A DNA stretch of 64,000 bases from Oopsacas minuta. Taxonomy: Eukaryota > Animalia > Porifera. The translations under genes were made by a program, and so were the position numbers. Under the pieces are notes generated by a model. It made no database searches. It had not been told where the DNA came from and was given only the letters and a program-made list of their open reading frames with translations. Of this stretch, positions 57,440-64,000 are shown piece after piece (position 1 is the stretch's first letter; each line of letters starts with the position of its first letter). The stretch is from positions 367,015-431,014 of the forward strand of contig JAKMXF010000188.1 of the NCBI GenBank assembly GCA_024704765.1. Direction: 5' to 3'.

Positions 57440-58097
57440 ATTTGTTTACTTTATATTCATAAAATCAACAATAAATATACAGATGAGAAACTTGAAAAAA
57501 CGAAATTCTGATTCAGCGTACTTAGTTACTCCCTGGGTAGCCGTTTAGAGCAAGCCTGTGCGCATATTTTGAGATTTGGATAATTTTGTTTAATTATATT
57601 CATAGAAACAACAATAAATTTACATATGATTAACCCCAAAGTGTGAAAATCAGATTCAGAGTGTTCGATATATTTAGTGACGTTTTATTGAATTCTATTT
57701 ACTTCCTTGATAAACACGATAAATACATAGTTATGCGACAATTTCAAAATTGCATACAGTAAATCTTTTCCTTGACAACGGACAAACAAACAATTGAGAT
57801 TTAATAATATGTATTTATCGTGTTTATCAAGGAAGTAAATAGAATTCAATAAAACGTCACTAAATATATCGAACATTCTGAATCTGATTTTCACACTTTG
57901 GGGTTAATCATATGTAAATTTATTGTTGTTTCTATGAATATAATTAAACAAAATTATCCAAATCTCAAAATATGCGCACAGGCTTGCTCTAAACGGCTAC
58001 CCAGGGAGTAACTAAGTACGCTGAATCAGAATTTCGTTTTTTCAAGTTTCTCATCTGTATATTTATTGTTGATTTTATGAATATAAAGTAAACAAAT
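57440..58097. repeat. Inverted duplication within a Helitron/HINE-like repeat: 289-bp arms, 80-bp spacer
   Basis: 57440-57728 is the near-perfect reverse complement of 57809-58097 (one mismatch noted, GAGTG/GAATG). The spacer is the family's 3' end. Confidence 0.9.
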
Positions 58098-58440
58098 AGT
58101 TCAAATCCTGAAATATACTCAGAGACTTGCTCTTTGGGCTACAATGAGATAACCAAGTACGTATGCTGAATCCGAATTTCGCATTTCAAGTTTCTCTTAT
58201 GTAAATTCTTTGTCGTTTTATGAATATAAAGTAAACAAATTGTTGAATTATTAATTTATTTATTCAATTTTGTAATTTTATGCTTTGCTAATTTCGAGGC
58301 ACGAAGTGTCGAGCCCCGTGCGAACACAAATTGTTCGCAAGCCGCGCAGCGATACCAAGCGAAGCGGCTAGTAACTATAGAAAATCGATCGATATCAGAC
58401 TTCAATCAATAGAAGTTATTTCAATTTTGCACATTCTCTA

Positions 58441-59793
58441 CAGTATGTCCCGAAAGTTTTTTCCTATTGCATTACATATTATATCATAGACCCTTAGTTC
58501 AAATAATCTCACTAACTAAGATATACATTATTTTTATGATTGATATGTGTATTTAGAGAAGGGTGGCTTATCATTTTTCCCAAAGGCATTATATTCTTCT
58601 CGAATTATTTTGTAATTACAAATTTCTTTTTATCCTGGAAATTAGATGTCGAATTTTGGGAATCCCAGAGCAATTATCCTACGTTCGAAGGCAATAGCAA
58701 TGTTAGAAGCTGGAATTTCACAGAAGAATGTTGCTAGACACCTCGGATAGTCAATTAAGACCGTCAATAACTGGTGGAAGCGGAAGAAGCGCGGTAAAAG
58801 TCTCGAAGACAAACACAGATCTGGAAGGCCCTCTTCACTAACAAGAGTGGCCAAATAGTCATTGCTAAATCTATCGGGAAAAGACACCAGTCAACCCGAA
58901 AATTGGCGGAAAGATTAACAGCTCGTGGCCATCAGACTTCGAAGACGGCAGTAGATCGCTATTTGAAGGAAAGCCTAGGTCTCAAATGTTTCAAACGGCC
59001 CCGAAATCCGAGATTGACAGAAAAAAAATTGGTTCATCGACTAACATTCTGTAAAAAAAGACTCAATTGGTCATCTAAGGAGTGGGCAAATGTAATTTTC
59101 TCCGACGAATCTCCCTTTCATCTTTTCGCACCTTCAAATAGACAAACAGACCGGGTTTGGGACTCCAGTGCTAGAAATATTCCTCCAATCTTGACTTTGA
59201 AATTTCCTCCAAAATTGATGGTATGGGCCGCTATGTCGGCTAATGCTGTGTCGGAACTGCACATTCTTCCTCAGAAATGCACTGTAAATGCAAAATATTA
59301 TGTAGATAACATACTAACTGGGCCATGTAAAGCTGCCTTTGCTCGTAGGCGATTGAGAGGTACGGTTTTGCAGAGGAGATTTTGTGAAAACATGTCAAAA
59401 TCAATCTTTCAACAAGATGGAGGCCCCGCTCACACATCGAAATTGAGCCAGGAATGGTGTCAATTGAATCTTGTTGGTTGTTGGGGAAAAGAAATATGGC
59501 CAGGCAACTCGCCTGATCTTTCTCCGATTGAGAATTTGTGGGCTGTTGTTAAACAGAGCTTGTCAGAGATGCCATCAGCGACAAATCTAGAAATGCTGGA
59601 AAAAAACCTCAAAACAGTGTGGTCTAATATCAATCCGGACTTACTTCGAAAATTGATAGATGGGATGCCAGCAAGAATGAGAAAATGTGTAGATTTGAAA
59701 GGAGGTTATATCGGAAAGTAATTAAACGCCTATGACACGTAACACTAATTATATAGGTATTTATCTAATAGGAAAAACTTTCGGGACATACTG
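58441..59793 (+). mobile_element. IS630/Tc1/mariner DD37E element, full length, with one nonsense codon and one frameshift in the HTH region
   Basis: TIR CAGTATGTCCCGAAAGTTTTTTCCTATT / AATAGGAAAAACTTTCGGGACATACTG with TA TSD. FSDESPF; QQDGG...SPDLSPIE with 37 residues between D and E. TAG at about 58748 and a frameshift at about 58856. Confidence 0.9.
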
Positions 59794-62114
59794 TAGTGCT
59801 ATCTGATGACTATTTACAATTCCTTAAAAAGAATTCTCCAAAGCGGATTTTAGGTATGTTATAGTGCATAAAATTTTGCACCCAACAGTATCAAAGATGT
59901 TTATATAATAATTTGTTCAAGGTAAAGCCTGATTTTTTGCTTCAATGACTACACTATTTATAGAAATAATGAAACATACTAATAATATGCTGAAGAATTG
60001 AAAATCACTTCTGCATGAAATGTGTGCTACAATTGAAATCGGGTTATTTCGCCAAGTCAGTGAATAAATTGTTTATTCGAAATTCCCTTATAAAATATTC
60101 TGATTTTTTTGTCTTAGCAGGGCTTTTGTTTATCTGAGGGTGTAAACTCGATGCAACTCTCACCATACAAATTGTAACAATGTTGAATGGGACAAATTTG
60201 CTCCCCAAATTCCAACTTTCAAAGATACGTCATTATGTATGATAGAGCCCGCTAACTGGATGGTGGAAAATTGTGGAATTTCTGAATTTCGTAGAAATGA
60301 CTGAATATTTAAGAATAGTGGTAATAGACTGAGTGGTAGAGCGGACACCAAAACAAGCACAATTGAATAAGATCATATGCTTAACAATTAACATTATTCA
60401 TAAATACATATCTGATAAGGATCAGTTTGTCGCGTCATTTTCATTCCCCTCAACAACGTAAATTAGTAATTTTCCTTAAAGTATCTATGACCGTCTGAAT
60501 TGATAAGCATAAAAATTATAGTAGATATAAAGTAAGGGCCTTCGTATATCTTGTCGATAAACTTCATATTAAGTGAACTAAATGCTACGTGAAACATTTT
60601 ATAGGAGAATGTTCATAAATACAGCGCTTACTATATATCTACTAATTAGAATTTAGTATGATTATTAATTCAATAAGTGTTATTAAAGACATTGGGAGAG
60701 ATTTCCGATTTGAGTTGTTAAGGATGGCAAATGAATTACAATCCGAAAAACTGGCCTTTATCAGATATATATATACGTATATATGAATACTATGGTACCT
60801 GTCTTTACGACCGCTCGCCGTTCCGAAATAATTGGTCGTAAATAGCAGGTGGTGGCGCATCATAGGTCAAAAGCTGTACGTAATATTAAATATTCGTGCC
60901 GGAGACAGTTGTCATCAAAGAGAGGTGGTAGTTCATTGCAGGGGTCGTAAAAGACAGATAACACTGTAATGTTAAACATTAGATGTTAATCATTTGTGCT
61001 TGTTTTGGTGCCAGCTCAATTTCCCATAGGTTTCATTATTGAGTCATTTCCAACTTCAAGTCGTTTTCCACAATATCCGCCCATTTCTGATATTCAGTCA
61101 GACCCTTATTTAAAATACATAAAAATATACATATATTAAAGCTGCAAACCCATAATTGACTCAATCAGCTCATGCATCGGCCCTTCAATGGCATAACAAT
61201 TCAAATTAATGCAAAATTTCGCTTGGTTTTGTTCAGCCGCTTTGGCCTGTACCCCATTGAGTGTCTTACATCGCCCCCAGACCCCCAGCTGAGTTACCAC
61301 CAGACTCTACCTCTCACAACCAGAGACTTAAGCATTCACTACAGGATACCCCTCGTTCAAAATCCTGAACCCCCTGCTATGACACGCTATTTGTAATCCT
61401 CTTCCTCAATTCTCTCGAAAAAATGAAATTTGGATAAATAGGATGAAGCGAAGTGGATCAAACAAGTGTCCTCGGTTGAATATGGCGAAAAATTTGCATT
61501 GGTCTATTCTAACATTGTGACTATTGCATGTCATTGGAATTGAATACCTACCAGGCTTGAGATAAGTCCACTCCTCTCCAATATTGATACAAATTAACAA
61601 TGAGACAAGGGGATATGATTAATGGGGGCAGTATAATCTAGCAGAGGGTAGTTGAAGTACTATTAATTCAATTGTAAGTCAACGAAATGAATATCATTCA
61701 AATGTAATAGCTAGGTATACATTACAAATATCCTAAAATAATATAGTAATCACCACATCCTAATAGATAATCTCTACAATATACGTAGACCTAAGAATAC
61801 TCTAATTACAAATTATTGAACGGAATTAATAATACGCTTGTGTTAAGTTAGAAACAGTCTGAGGGCTTGTCCAACACTAAAAGAAAATGAATTATTAACA
61901 TGTAAACAGAAAAAAATGAGAGTATTTATTTATTCGATCTTCAAAATGATATAAATAAAAGACGTGTATTTTAACGGAGATTATTGAAAAAGCAAGTTTT
62001 GTGAATTTTCCATAATTTCATAATTCGCGAAGAAATTTTCTAAGAGAAACTCTTATGTGGTTTATTTCATTCATTGATAAATTAAAGCAATTTGAAAATT
62101 CTTCGCGGAATAAT

Positions 62115-62280
62115 CAAAGTAGGTATAGTCACTAATACAGGGTAAGTCCCCACTCCAATCAAGCCAGGAGTGCCTGAAATGACCTAGAAAAGCATCCAAG
62201 CAGGTATAGCCACTAATATACGTAAGGTAAATCCTGATGCCAACAAAGCCAGGATCTAGGAGTACCTCAAAATGACCTAG
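62115..62280. repeat. Degenerate direct duplication, about 80-bp unit x2
   Basis: CAA(A)G(T/C)AGGTATAG(T/C)CACTAATA...AAGCCAGGA...AAATGACCTAG occurs twice. Confidence 0.7.
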
Positions 62281-62358
62281 ATCGACGAATCTTTTGGCGA
62301 TGGATTTCTATGCGACAAAATTTTCGATGACAAATTAATTATAAAATTTCGCATACGG

Positions 62359-62458
62359 CCCTGTACGTCATACTGTACACTAGAAAAAACCCTGTACGTG
62401 CATACTGTACACTAGAATAAACCCAGTACGTACATACTGTACACTAGAATAAACCCTG
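62359..62458. repeat. Tandem repeat, 32-33-bp unit x3
   Basis: CCC(T/A)GTACGT(N)CATACTGTACACTAGAA(A/T)AAA repeated three times. Confidence 0.85.
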
Positions 62459-62499
62459 AATATATTAATTTCACCTTTTATTTATACTATTAATAATAT

Positions 62500-62965
62500 A
62501 TCCACATATTGCATAAGCAGATAGTGGTGTGGCTACTTGTGAGGGGCTAGTCAATATATTGGGAGGAGAGCTGATTGATAACAAATTCAAATCTGTACAG
62601 TTGAGTAAGCTGCTGGACCAGGGATATACATCTGCTGGTCCTCTATTCGCAGGAAAATGGTGTTCTTCTCAGCTATTCGTACCCGCTTTTATAAATTGGT
62701 ATTAAAGATATTCTCATAGTCTATGTCAGCTACGATATGAAAACGAAATAACTCATTCTAGCTGATGCCCTGGTACGCCCTACCTTACCAACTACGTGAC
62801 AAGAAGCAATATTTATCTCAGAAATACCGCGTGTCTCAGATACCACGCCTGATCTACCAGGATACCTGTGATGAAATGATAAACAAGAACGGACGAGTAG
62901 CAATGTTTGTAGACCCAGCAGGACATCTACTCTCATGTGAGAAATTGGAATGGCAAGTCGTGTAG
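62500..62965 (+). pseudogene. Nucleoredoxin-like (tryparedoxin-type thioredoxin) pseudogene
   Basis: GLVNILGGELID...PLFAGKWCSSQLFVPAFINWY*, ILIVYVSYD, then MPWYALPYQLRDKKQYLSQKYRVSQIPRLI...KNGRVAMFVDPAG. Contains stops and frameshifts; may extend to about 63400. Confidence 0.65.
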
Positions 62966-63667
62966 CTTACTTACTCTACTAAATATCTGAATCTGGAGTC
63001 TTGAAGGACACCTAGTATCTGAGCAATATTAAACTTTGCTTGTACATCGCTGCTCTCTGGTACTCTCCATACGCTAAGATTACAGAAGCTCTGATTTAAA
63101 ATATACAACAGTATAAAACATAAGCACCAGGATTTCGAAATTATCTTCTGCAGTTGTGACTATAGCTACTTTGCTTTTCTAGAAACTACAAACCCTTCTT
63201 TGATTATAAAGATACATTCGCAGAGATAGAGAAACTGGTGGCTCTTCCTACACAGTTCTCAACACTTTCCAAGATAGATGTTCCTTTCAATGCTACCTAC
63301 AATAAGGTGCTTTAATCTCAAATTCTCCCCTCTGAAGTTATATCGAATTTCATACGTGAATTTGAAGATGGAGACCTGGTACCCACACCTATACCTTACG
63401 TAGTTACAACATCAAATAGTGATAGCACTAAACAGCAGCAAGTCAAGTTATATTTATATGTACTTTCTTCTGTGTATATTTACACATATTCTGGAATAGC
63501 TTGGACTATAGTGCTCTGTATATATTGCTACTGTTTGTTATTTTGAACTGGTCAACTTGGTAAATTAGTGAATTATGAAATACTAGCGGGCTTCGGTTGC
63601 TAGGTCGTTGCGCGACGGGCGAAAATATCCTTGAGCTTTATCTTTTGGCTAAAGTATGAAACAACTA

Positions 63668-64000
63668 CAGTATGTCCCGAAAGTTTTTTCCTATTAGATA
63701 AATACCTATATAATTAGTGTTACGTGTCATAGGCGTTTAATTACTTTCCGATATAACCTCCTTTCAAATCTACACATTTTCTCATTCTTGCTGGCATCCC
63801 ATCTATCAATTTTCGAAGTAAGTCCGGATTGATATTAGACCACACTGTTTTGAGGTTTTTTTCCAGCATTTCTAGATTTGTCGCTGATGGCATCTCTGAC
63901 AAGCTCTGTTTAACAACAGCCCACAAATTCTCAATCGGAGAAAGATCAGGCGAGTTGCCTGGCCATATTTCTTTTCCCCAACAACCAACAAGATTCAATT
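63668..64000 (-). mobile_element. Second copy of the DD37E element (3' end), inverted; runs off the window
   Basis: Reverse complement of 59461-59793 with no differences seen; TA before the TIR; identical 85-aa C-terminus. Confidence 0.95.

Overview
An AT-rich, intron-containing animal genomic window. The gene set and gene style (intronless TRAF-like and NHL-repeat families, small introns) suggest a sponge, possibly a glass sponge such as Oopsacas; this is an inference. Host genes reconstructed by hand from GT-AG junctions: (1) an 8-exon amyloid-precursor-protein (APP)-like type I membrane protein (7176-15109, +) ending in GFENPIYKFY; (2) a 12-exon TOMM70 (18500-34053, +) whose introns contain an intronless TRAF-like gene, an antisense intronless cathepsin B-like gene, an NHL pseudogene, a mariner and nested inverted repeats; (3) a 4-exon acidic-repeat/coiled-coil membrane protein (35145-41258, +) with the same signal-peptide micro-exon layout as gene 1; (4) an IRAK4/Pelle-like kinase whose visible exons stop at the HRD motif (42588-45133, +); (5) an intronless CDK8 (53215-54546, -). 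Most of the rest is DNA transposons and their relics: MULE (three types), hAT, Merlin, mariner DD34D, Tc1 DD34E, DD37E, a pogo-like MITE, a Gypsy/Ginger-type integrase and Helitron-like non-autonomous repeats. The most striking items are a MULE whose transposase is duplicated tail-to-tail as a 2.67-kb palindrome with a 22-nt loop (a possible Mu-killer-like hairpin-RNA locus, or an amplification/assembly artefact), an intact MULE transposase fused to a C-terminal IAP-type RING finger, and the APP-like gene with its possible tail-less paralog. All family calls come from motif recognition by eye; no database searches were run.
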